From contig JAJKHS010000032.1 of assembly GCA_021154885.1 (NCBI GenBank), positions 46,833-110,832 of the forward strand: a stretch of DNA of 64,000 nucleotides, read 5' to 3'. Every line of letters begins with the position of its first letter. The stretch's first letter is position 1. Source of the stretch: Thermoanaerobaculum sp. GTDB lineage: Bacteria; Acidobacteriota; Thermoanaerobaculia; Multivoradales; UBA5704. Below the pieces are notes generated by a model. The model searched no databases. It saw only the letters and a list, made by a program, of their open reading frames with translations, and was not told the DNA's origin. Positions 48,815 to 56,654 of this stretch are shown here, piece by piece. The translations under genes and the position numbers were made by a program.

Positions 48815-48882
48815 CCCTCATCACCCCGGCCCTCTTCTCCCAGCCTCCCCCCCGTCCGCCGGGAGAAGAGGGAGTGGTTAGT
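48815..48882 (+). repeat. Solo copy of the 68-bp repeat unit (CCCTCATCACCCCGGCCCTCTTCTCCCAGCCTCCCCCCCGTCCGCCGGGAGAAGAGGGAGTGGTTAGT)
   Basis: Near-identical to 51655-51722 and 54561-54627, and in inverted orientation to 55188-55254. It contains an internal 12-bp inverted repeat, CCCTCTTCTCCC/GGGAGAAGAGGG. Confidence 0.85.
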
Positions 48883-49175
48883 TTTGAAGAAGCTCCGGCA
48901 GGGGGGGCCGGTTCGAGACTATTAGGCGCATCCGGCGAAGCGTCGTTGCCGCGAGCCCGCAGGGCGGCAGACTCCTAGCCCAGGGCGCGAGCCCATACCA
49001 TTCCAAACATCTCCTCTCTGGGGTCGCGACGCTGGAGGTAGGGGAGGACCGGAGCGAAATCGCCGCGCCGGAGACGCCCCGCCGTCCCCGTGGCCTGCCG
49101 AGGGTCTCGTATCGGGTCTGGAGCGTCTCTACGGAACGGTCTCGCGATGGCCAAGGATGGCGATTACGGGGGAGA

Positions 49176-49382
49176 GGATTGTTTTGAACGTTTCGAGCAT
49201 CGCCAAGATTTGCCTGCAATGTTCCGGGAGCTCAGCCCCGAAGGGGATTGTTTTTGAAACGCTTCGAGCATCGCCGAGATTCGCCTGCAATGTCCGGGAG
49301 CCAGGCCCGAAGGGGCGAAAGCATGTAGCCAGGGGCGTCAGCCCCAGGTAGGTCGCCGAAAAGAAACCTTAGCCCCGAAGGG
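49176..49382. repeat. Three tandem 69-bp units on the CRISPR flank (two similar, the third diverged), each ending in GCCCCGAAGG or GGCCCGAAGG
   Basis: Units are 49176-49244, 49245-49313 and 49314-49382. Units 1 and 2 align along their full length with few differences. Confidence 0.7.
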
Positions 49383-49430
49383 GCGGCAGCAGCGTTTGCC
49401 GAGCCGGTCTGCTGCCGCCCCTTCGGGGCT
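49371..49430. terminator. Perfect 22-bp inverted repeat (16-nt loop) 11 nt from the first CRISPR repeat
   Basis: 49371-49392 (agccccgaaggggcggcagcag) is the exact reverse complement of 49409-49430. This position would terminate a minus-strand pre-crRNA. There is no clear U-run. Confidence 0.45.
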
Positions 49431-49441
49431 GTGGGTGATGT

Positions 49442-50014
49442 GTCCCAATCCCACCGTACTGCTCAGGGCAATTCCGAGACAGGGAGCTCGTCCAGCTCTT
49501 TGGCCTGCGAACCCCAGTCGCAATCCCACCGTACTGCTCAGGGCAATTCCGAGCGCAACGCCGGCATGCATGTCGTCCAGAGCACCGACCCGAGTCGCAA
49601 TCCCACCGTACTGCTCAGGGCAATTCCGAGTTGTTTCCAATGAACTGACAGAGTTGATGGATGCGGTAGTCGCAATCCCACCGTACTGCTCAGGGCAATT
49701 CCGAGCAACGACAGGAGCAACCACGTGAAAATGCACAAGCCGAATCTGTCGCAATCCCACCGTACTGCTCAGGGCAATTCCGAGTCAAAGCGATTTCAAC
49801 AGCACTGTCGGAGATCTCGCCGACTTGTCGCAATCCCACCGTACTGCTCAGGGCAATTCCGAGGTTCACCAAGGCCGGCCAGACCGTCAAGCTGTTTGTC
49901 GAGTCGCAATCCCACCGTACTGCTCAGGGCAATTCCGAGGAACTGTACGGATGCCATTCTTTCGCCTGTCCCGGGAAGTCGCAATCCCACCGTACTGCTC
50001 AGGGCAATTCCGAG
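49442..50014 (-). CRISPR. CRISPR array: 8 x 37-bp repeats, 7 spacers (38-42 bp); no cas genes in this window
   Basis: The plus-strand repeat is GTCGCAATCCCACCGTACTGCTCAGGGCAATTCCGAG, at 49442 (one mismatch), 49517, 49594, 49669, 49748, 49827, 49903 and 49978. Spacers are unique and of lower GC. Minus-strand orientation is inferred from three things: the degenerate repeat at the left end, the lower-GC non-coding flank on the right, and the minus-strand repeat ending in ATTGCGAC (similar to the ATTGAAAC handle). Confidence 0.93.
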
Positions 50015-50350
50015 GTACCCCTTTCCAAGAGTCTGAATCTACGTGGGTTAGGGTGCCTGTTTTTCCAACCTCCTCGGAACGACGACGTTTTTCCTCTCCG
50101 GTGCTTCGTCCCAGCCTGTTCCAAGAACAGGTAACCCTTTGAAGCGGTTCGGGTTAGCATCCGATTTCCAACCGATGTGCCAAAATGGCGAATCGGCGCT
50201 GGCATGATTCTTGTCAGGCGAGGCGCTTCAGTTGTCAAGGAACGAGACCTCTTATCCTTTCTCCTATCTTAAGAGACTCTGGTCGGCAAGGCAAGCGGGC
50301 CGGTCATCAGGGCTGAGTCCGGGCTTTTCTTCAGCCTATGGGGGCCGGGG
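50015..50350 (-). promoter_or_regulatory. Putative CRISPR leader (non-coding, relatively AT-rich)
   Basis: ~335 bp without a convincing ORF, with markedly lower GC than the neighbours, adjacent to the non-degenerate end of the array. Confidence 0.35.
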
Positions 50351-50455
50351 GTGAGCTTCGAAGGGCAGACCGGCCCACTTGAGCACGGCCTTTCGAGGCC
50401 CTCGTTGCGATATTCTTTGCCTTCAGTAATCCCTCAATCAAGGGGCACCATCCCC

Positions 50456-51721
50456 ATGAACCTCCTCACCCTCCTCCTTCTCCTCCCCACCCCCGACCTC
50501 CTCGTCCCCCCCTCCTGGATCGCGGAGCATCGCGCCATCCCGGTGGACGTGCGGCCGGCGGCGGCGTTCGCGGCGGGACATCTGCCGGGGGCGGTGCGGG
50601 TGGCGGTGGCGCCGGAGTGCGTGGCGGCGGGGGTGGGGTGTGTGCAGAGGGAGCTTGGGAAGGCTGGGCTTGGAGGGGAGGAGGCGGTGGTGGTGGTCGG
50701 GGAGGACGGCGCGGCGGTGGGGGAGGCGTTCTGGCTGCTGGAGTGGGCGGGATTGAAACAGGTGAAGGTGCTCGACGGTGTGGTCGATGCGAAGGGACCC
50801 GAGGAGGGACTGGGGAGGCGGGAGGCGCGAGCGTTTACGGCGCGGGCGTCGGAATCGGCCGCGGCGGACGTGGCCTGGGTCCGGGCCCGAGTGGGAACGA
50901 AGGGGGTGGAGTTTCTGGACCTGAGGGACGAGGGGATCTGGATGGAGAAGGACTACGAGGCGCCGGCGCGGTTCGCGGCCGGGCATCTCCCCCACGCGTT
51001 GCCGTTTGATTTCCGGCGGTGGGTTCCCCGGGACGGCCGGTGGCCGGAGGCTGGCAGGGTGTGGGAGACGCTCAAGCGGCTGGGACCGCGCGAGGTGACG
51101 AAGGTCGATGCCAAGGCTGAATTCGTGCTCTACGGGGACGGGCCGGCGGATCTGCAGCCGGGGCTCGGGTATCTGCTGCTGCGGCGCGCGGGAATCCCCG
51201 TGCGGGTCTTCCCCGGCGGTTTCCAGGAATGGTCCAAGGACCCGGCGAACCCGGTGGTGCGCATCGTGGGCGCGCCGGAGGTCGACCGGCTCTTGGAGGT
51301 GGAGAACCCCGGGCTGAAGGGGGACGAGGTGGCGCGCTCGGTGGTGGTGCTCGACCTGCGGGAGGCGCGGGACTTCAAGCTCGGGCACATCCCGGGGGCG
51401 TACAACTTTCCGGCCTATACGGAGGGGAGGTCGATCGAGAAGGTAATGGAGGAGAGATGGCCGCAGGCCAGGGCCACGCGGGCGCCGGTGGTCCTCTATT
51501 GCTATGGCCGGCCGTGCATCCGCAGCCGCGACGCCGCGGCCCGGCTGGCGCGGGCGGGGTTCACGAATCTGCTGTGGCTGCGGGAGGGGATGGAGGCCTG
51601 GAGGGAGGCGGGGTTGCCGGTGGCGGGGGGACCCCGGAACGCCCCCGCCCCAGACCCTCATCACCCCGGCCCTCTTCTCCCAGCCTCCCCCCCGTCCGCC
51701 GGGAGAAGAGGGAGGGGTTAG
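50456..51721 (+). CDS. Multi-rhodanese-domain sulfurtransferase-like protein
   Basis: Three rhodanese-like segments (AAGHLPGAVRV, FAAGHLPHALPFD, FKLGHIPGAYNFP ... LYCYGRPCIRS...GFTNLLWLREGMEAWREAGLPV). The last ~25 codons run into the repeat element. Confidence 0.75.
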   Translation: MNLLTLLLLLPTPDLLVPPSWIAEHRAIPVDVRPAAAFAAGHLPGAVRVAVAPECVAAGVGCVQRELGKAGLGGEEAVVVVGEDGAAVGEAFWLLEWAGLKQVKVLDGVVDAKGPEEGLGRREARAFTARASESAAADVAWVRARVGTKGVEFLDLRDEGIWMEKDYEAPARFAAGHLPHALPFDFRRWVPRDGRWPEAGRVWETLKRLGPREVTKVDAKAEFVLYGDGPADLQPGLGYLLLRRAGIPVRVFPGGFQEWSKDPANPVVRIVGAPEVDRLLEVENPGLKGDEVARSVVVLDLREARDFKLGHIPGAYNFPAYTEGRSIEKVMEERWPQARATRAPVVLYCYGRPCIRSRDAAARLARAGFTNLLWLREGMEAWREAGLPVAGGPRNAPAPDPHHPGPLLPASPPSAGRRGRG

Positions 51722-51833
51722 TCGAGTTAGTCTGAAGAAGAAGAGGCTTTTCTTGCTTTTTCAGGACTAACCTCTCCCCTCTCTCCCGGCCGGCGGGGGG
51801 GAGGCTGGGAGAGAGGGGCCGGGGGAGTGAGGG
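51655..51833. repeat. MITE-like element: two inverted copies of the 68-bp repeat family abutting a short palindromic core
   Basis: 51655-51722 (plus copy) and 51766-51833 (inverted, ~80% similar). The inner parts resemble the inner TIR sequence of the DUF559 element (ttagtctgaa...). It sits between convergent genes. Confidence 0.7.
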
Positions 51834-51857
51834 CCCGCCCCGGAGGGGCGGCTCTTC

Positions 51858-52352
51858 CTACTTCGCCGGCTCGAACTTCAGGCTCACGCCGTTCATGCAG
51901 TAGCGCAGGCCGGTGGGCTTGGGGCCGTCCGGGAAGACGTGGCCGAGGTGGCCGCCGCAGCGGGCGCAGCGGACTTCGGTACGGTCCATGAAGAAGCTGC
52001 GGTCGGACTTGGTGGTGACGTGGCTCGGATCGATCGGCGCCCAGAAGCTCGGCCAGCCGGTGCCGGAGTCGAACTTGGTGTCGGAGGAGAAGAGTGTCAG
52101 GCCGCAGGCGGCGCAGACGTAGACGCCCTTCTCGTGGTTGTGGTTGAGCGGGCTGGTGAAGGCGCGCTCGGTCCCCTCTTTGCGCAGCACGTTGAACTGC
52201 TCGGGGGTCAGGATCTTTTTCCACTCTTCGTCGGTCTTGACGACTTTTTCGATCACTTCGCTCGTTCCTTTCGCGGCCTTCGCCGGGGCGGCGGCCAGGG
52301 CGATGCCGGCCGCGACCAGCGCGAGGGCGATGACGGAGATGGCAAGCTTCAT
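51858..52352 (-). CDS. msrB: Peptide-methionine (R)-S-oxide reductase MsrB, with signal peptide
   Basis: [11 protein letters not shown]...[13 protein letters not shown]...[12 protein letters not shown] 52352 has an AAGGAAAGGGA SD. The longer track ORF upstream is spurious. Confidence 0.9.
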   Translation of the reverse strand: MKLAISVIALALVAAGIALAAAPAKAAKGTSEVIEKVVKTDEEWKKILTPEQFNVLRKEGTERAFTSPLNHNHEKGVYVCAACGLTLFSSDTKFDSGTGWPSFWAPIDPSHVTTKSDRSFFMDRTEVRCARCGGHLGHVFPDGPKPTGLRYCMNGVSLKFEPAK

Positions 52353-52411
52353 CGGGTTTTCCCTTTCCTTTGGGCGGCCGGACGGTCCGGCCTTCCATGC
52401 GTGAAAACAGG

Positions 52412-54448
52412 TCAGACGTCGATCCCGTTCCCGCGCAGGAAGACCAGGAGCTCCTCCTCGTTCAGGGTGCGGATCCCCAGCTTCCGCGCGTCGTCCGCCT
52501 TGGAGCCGGCGTCTTCGCCGACCACCACGACGGTGGTGGACTTGCTCACGGAGCCGGTGGCGCGAGCGCCCAGGGATTCGACCTTCTCCTGGGCGTCGCG
52601 GCGGGTGAGGTGGGTCAGGCCGCCGGTGAAGACCCACTTCTGGCCCGCAAGTGGAAGTACGGATGCCGCCGGCCTGGCGGACGGCTCCGTCTCGATCAGA
52701 TCGACTTTCTTCAGCAGTGCGTCCAGCACCTCGGCGTTGTGGGGCTCGCGGAAGAAGGCGGTGATCTGCTCGGCCATGCGGGGGCCGACGCCGGAGACCT
52801 CCTGGAGCCTCGCCTCGTCCGCCTCCCGCAGGTTGGCGAAGGTGCCGAAGTGCCGGGCGAGGTCGCGGGCCACGGCCACTCCCACCTCGGGGATGCCCAG
52901 CCCGTAGAGGAAGCGGGCGAGCTCCACGTGCGCCGCCTTCTTCAGGGCGTTGACCAGGTTGGTGGCCGATTTCTGGGCGAACCCCTCCAGCTCCATGAGC
53001 CGCTCGGCCTGGAGGTCGAAGAGGTCCGGGAGCTGGCGGACGAGCCCTTCGGCCACGAAGAGCTTGGAGGTCTCGTCGCCCAGCCCCTCGATGTCCAGGG
53101 CGTCGCGGGAGGCGAAGTGGACGATGCGGCCGGCGAGCTGGGCCGGGCATTCGAAGCTGTTGGGGCAGACCGTGAAGGGGCCGCGCTCGAGGAGCGGCGT
53201 GCCACAGGAGGGGCAGGTGGCGGGCATGCGCCACTCGGGGGCGCGCTCGCGGTCGGGTTCGTCAATCCTTTCGATCACCTGGGGGATGACGTCCCCGGCC
53301 CGCTGGACGCGGACGCGGTCGCCCTCGCGCACGTCCTTCCTCGCCACCTCTTCGCGGTTGTGCAGTGTGGCGCGGGCGACGGTGACGCCGCCGAGCTCGA
53401 CCGGCAGCAGGATGGCGACCGGCGTCACCACCCCGGTCCGCCCCACCGAGGGGAGGATCGAGAGGATGCGGGTGATCTCTTTGCGGGGCGGGAACTTGTA
53501 GGCGAAGGCCCAGCGCGGATGGCGGGAGGTCCAGCCCACGGTCTCGCGGGCCGCGAGGTCGTTGAGCTTGATGACGATGCCGTCGATCTCGTAGCCGAGG
53601 TCGTCCCGCTGCGCCTCGGTCTGGGCGTGGTAGGCGAGGACGTCGTCGAGGGTCGTGCCCTTGCGGATGCGCTCGTTGACCTTGAGCCCCCAGGCGCGCA
53701 GCGACGCCAGGACCTCCCACTGGGAGTCGATCCCGGTGACCCCCTCGGAGGCCAGGATGTCGTAGACGTAGAGGTGGAGGGGGCGGGCGGCGGTCATCTG
53801 GGGATCGAGCTGGCGCACGGAGCCGGCGGCGGCGTTCCTGGGGTTGGCGAACGGCTCCTTGCCTTCGGCGATCAGCCGCTCGTTGAGCTTGTCGAAGGTC
53901 TGGGCGAGCATGATGATCTCGCCGCGCACGGCGAGGAATCTGGGGATCGGGTGCCGCCCTTCGCGCAGGCGGAGGGGGACGCTGGTGATGGTGCGGACGT
54001 TGGCCGTGATCCCCTCGCCCTTGCGGCCGTCGCCGCGGGTAGAGGCCTGGAGCAGGGCGCCGTCCTGGTAGACGAGCTCGACGGAGAGGCCGTCGAGCTT
54101 GGGCTCGAGCACGTACTCGACGGGGACATCGGGTCCCAGGCCCTTGCGCAGCCGTTCGTCGAAGCGGCGGAGGGTGGCCTCGTCCTGGTCGGACTCCAGG
54201 GACAGCATGGGAGCGGCGTGCTCGACGGTGGGGAAGCTGTCGACGGGCGTGCCGGCCACGCGCTGGGTAGGGGAGTCCGGGCTGACGAGGTCCGGGAACT
54301 GCTCCTCCAGGGCCACGAGCTCGCGATAGAGCTTGTCGTACTCCGCGTCGGAGACGGCGGGCCGGTCCTCGACGTAGTAGAGGTAGTCGTGATGGCGGAT
54401 CTCGGTCTGCAGCGTGGCGATCCGCGCTTCGGCTTGTTGGCGATTCAT
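52412..54448 (-). CDS. ligA: NAD-dependent DNA ligase
   Basis: Adenylation motif [11 protein letters not shown], Zn-finger CPSCGTPL...CPNSFECP, HhH and C-terminal BRCT regions. Start [26 protein letters not shown]. Confidence 0.95.
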   Translation of the reverse strand: MNRQQAEARIATLQTEIRHHDYLYYVEDRPAVSDAEYDKLYRELVALEEQFPDLVSPDSPTQRVAGTPVDSFPTVEHAAPMLSLESDQDEATLRRFDERLRKGLGPDVPVEYVLEPKLDGLSVELVYQDGALLQASTRGDGRKGEGITANVRTITSVPLRLREGRHPIPRFLAVRGEIIMLAQTFDKLNERLIAEGKEPFANPRNAAAGSVRQLDPQMTAARPLHLYVYDILASEGVTGIDSQWEVLASLRAWGLKVNERIRKGTTLDDVLAYHAQTEAQRDDLGYEIDGIVIKLNDLAARETVGWTSRHPRWAFAYKFPPRKEITRILSILPSVGRTGVVTPVAILLPVELGGVTVARATLHNREEVARKDVREGDRVRVQRAGDVIPQVIERIDEPDRERAPEWRMPATCPSCGTPLLERGPFTVCPNSFECPAQLAGRIVHFASRDALDIEGLGDETSKLFVAEGLVRQLPDLFDLQAERLMELEGFAQKSATNLVNALKKAAHVELARFLYGLGIPEVGVAVARDLARHFGTFANLREADEARLQEVSGVGPRMAEQITAFFREPHNAEVLDALLKKVDLIETEPSARPAASVLPLAGQKWVFTGGLTHLTRRDAQEKVESLGARATGSVSKSTTVVVVGEDAGSKADDARKLGIRTLNEEELLVFLRGNGIDV

Positions 54449-54551
54449 CCCTGGGGTCCCCTCGTTGCCTCTGGCGAAACGGGGGAACTTTATCATCGCG
54501 GACCGTCTGACGCCGATGCGGAGGCTGTACTCGGATCGTGGCGGGCAGTGC

Positions 54552-55263
54552 CGGCGGGGCCCTCATCACCCCGGCCCTCTTCTCCCAGCCTCCCCCCCGT
54601 CCGCCGGGAGAAGAGGGAGTGGTTAGTCTGAAACAAGCAGAAGCAAGAACCCCCTGGGACCGCCGGCGTCCCGCCGGCCACTTACTCCGTTTTTCTTGAA
54701 AACGTCAAGGGCTTCGACGGTAGTAAAGGTCACGGATGGTTTCTAGGACGGATTCCAGGTGCTCGTGGATCTCGCGGTTGGTGGCACGGAGGACTCGGTA
54801 GCCAAGGACCTGGAGATTGGCATCGCGGTTGACGTCGTGGGAGATCTGAGATTTCTCTTCATGGATGGAGCCGTCCAGCTCCAGGATCAGTCTCAACTCG
54901 TGGCAGTAGAAGTCGGCTACATAGGGACCGATCGGCACTTGGCGGCGAAACTTGAGGCCGAGGAGCCTCCGGTCCCGCAGATGCTCCCAGAGAGACTCCT
55001 CACTGGGAGTCGTCATCCGCCGTAGCCGCCGCGCACGAACCTGGGCACCCCTGTTGGGAATACGCATCCAAAGAGAATATCCCAAAGCGGAATTTTTTTG
55101 CTTTGGGAAAGAGCTTTAAGAAAAAACGGAGTAAGTGGCCGGCGGGACGCCGGCGGTCCCAGGGGTTCTTGCTTCTGCTTGTTTCAGACTAACCACTCCC
55201 TCTTCTCCCGGCGGGTGGGGGGGAGGCCGGGAGAAGAGGGCCGGGGTGATGAGGGCCCCGCGG
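54552..55263. mobile_element. Candidate TIR-bounded cassette: ~148-bp near-perfect terminal inverted repeats flanking a DUF559 endonuclease gene
   Basis: 54552-54700 is the reverse complement of 55116-55263 with only a few mismatches or indels. The outer ~70 bp of each arm is the repeat-family unit also found at 48815 and 51655. No target-site duplication is evident. Confidence 0.5.
54705..55085 (-). CDS. DUF559 (Vsr/restriction-endonuclease-like) domain protein
   Basis: EESLWEHLRDRRLLGLKFRRQVPIGPYVADFYCHELRLILELDGSIH...VLGYRVLRATNREI is the classic DUF559 pattern. Lower GC than the flanks. Confidence 0.85.
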   Translation of the reverse strand: MGYSLWMRIPNRGAQVRARRLRRMTTPSEESLWEHLRDRRLLGLKFRRQVPIGPYVADFYCHELRLILELDGSIHEEKSQISHDVNRDANLQVLGYRVLRATNREIHEHLESVLETIRDLYYRRSP

Positions 55264-55338
55264 CGGGGGCCCCCGCCGGACCAACGCTCGCCGCCCCGCG
55301 GGCACGAGGACGCTCCAGTCCCCTGCTATCTTCTCCCC

Positions 55339-56265
55339 ATGACGCTCTGGACGCGCGGCGGGCTGACGTGGCGGGCTTTGGGGTGGCGGTTGTGGCGGCA
55401 GGTCTATGAGGACGAGCTGCTGGCGCGGTGCGCGGAGCTGGCGTATTTTTTCCTCTTCGCGATCTTTCCCCTGCTGCTGTTCCTCACCACGCTGCTGGGC
55501 TATGCCGGCGCCCACACGGGATTGCGGGCGGACCTTTTCCGTCTCATCGCCCGCTTCTCGCCGAGCCGGGACGTGACGCATCTGCTGCGCGGCACACTGG
55601 AGGAGATCACCCAGGGGCGCAACAGCGCCAAGCTCTCGCTGTCGCTCGCCGCGGCGCTGTGGGTGGCCTCGAACGGCATGCTGGCCGTCTCGCGCACGCT
55701 CAATCACGCCTATGGCCTGAAGGAGACCCGGCGCTGGTGGTGGCGGCGGATCGTGGCCCTCGCCCTCACGCTCGGCTTCTCGCTGCTGGTCATCGCCGCC
55801 CTGACGCTCATCTTCTCCGGCGGCAGCGTGGGCGAGTCGCTCGCGGACCGGCTGGGGTTCGGCCTCGCCTTCAGCGTGATCTGGCACGTCTTCGTGCGCT
55901 GGCCGCTGATCCTGGTCTTCCTGGTGATCTCGTTCGAGATGGTCTACAACTTCGCCCCCAACCTGGGGAAGCGGCCGAGCCGTTCCTGGGTCACCCCGGG
56001 GGGTGTCGCCGGCGTCGGGCTCTGGCTCGTGGCCTGTTTCGGCCTGCGGCTCTACCTCGCCTATTTCCGCTCCTACACCACGGCCTACGGCTCGCTGGGG
56101 GCGGTCATCCTGCTGCTGGTGTGGTTCTACCTGACGGCTTTCGCCCTGCTCATGGGGGGCGAGGTCAACTCCGAGATCGGCCGGCTGGTCTCCAGCGAGT
56201 GGCCGCGGAAGACGGCGAAGAAGGCCCAACCGCGGCGGCGGCTGGCTCCCTACCGCCGGCGCTGA
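55339..56265 (+). CDS. YihY/BrkB (virulence factor BrkB / RNase BN-like) family membrane protein
   Basis: CAELAYFFLFAIFPLLLFL... and GSLGAVILLLVWFYLTAFALLMGGEVNSE are the YihY pattern. The track ORF start (55135) lies inside the repeat, so I chose ATG 55339. Confidence 0.85.
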   Translation: MTLWTRGGLTWRALGWRLWRQVYEDELLARCAELAYFFLFAIFPLLLFLTTLLGYAGAHTGLRADLFRLIARFSPSRDVTHLLRGTLEEITQGRNSAKLSLSLAAALWVASNGMLAVSRTLNHAYGLKETRRWWWRRIVALALTLGFSLLVIAALTLIFSGGSVGESLADRLGFGLAFSVIWHVFVRWPLILVFLVISFEMVYNFAPNLGKRPSRSWVTPGGVAGVGLWLVACFGLRLYLAYFRSYTTAYGSLGAVILLLVWFYLTAFALLMGGEVNSEIGRLVSSEWPRKTAKKAQPRRRLAPYRRR

Positions 56266-56333
56266 GGTCTTGTCCCGTCGCGGGAGGGGCGCGCACCATC
56301 GGAGCCGCCCCGCTCGCGGGCGGCTCCCCTCCC

Positions 56334-56591
56334 TCAGTCCCGCCCCCAGCGCCGCAGCAGCTCCGGCAGGAACGCCACGGTCGCGCCGTAGGAGACCGCC
56401 ATGGCCGCCGCCAGCAGCAGGCCGAGGCTGGCGTTGGGCTTGAGGACCGAAGGGGCTGGCCGTGCATGCGGGCGCCGCCCTCCAGGAAGAGCAGGGGGCC
56501 TAGAGCCGGCGGCGGCGATGGCCGTGCCCAGGAGGAGCAGGACAAGAACGAGCTTCGGCCGCCGGAGCGCGGTGTGGGCGAGGGATAGCAT
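56334..56591 (-). CDS. Possible small membrane protein (85 aa) downstream of the toxin gene
   Basis: Two hydrophobic segments. Moderate coding signal only. Confidence 0.3.
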   Translation of the reverse strand: MLSLAHTALRRPKLVLVLLLLGTAIAAAGSRPPALPGGRRPHARPAPSVLKPNASLGLLLAAAMAVSYGATVAFLPELLRRWGRD

Positions 56592-56654
56592 GGCAAAACC
56601 AGAAAGAGACGGTGCCTTCGGCCGGAACGGGCCCGGTTTCAGTTTGGCTGAACC

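Noticed and set aside
48878-49219. 113-aa minus-strand ORF in the region left of the CRISPR array (possible cas remnant)
   Set aside because: Mixed codon signal and no recognisable motif. It overlaps the 69-bp tandem units and is most likely non-coding.
39637-50014. Interpreting the CHAT protease plus nearby CRISPR array as a type III-E (Craspase-like) system
   Set aside because: No Cas7-11/gRAMP, Csx30/31, RpoE or any other cas gene lies between or around them. The CHAT protein carries a CSD and sits in its own operon 7.6 kb from the array. The linkage is recorded only as proximity.
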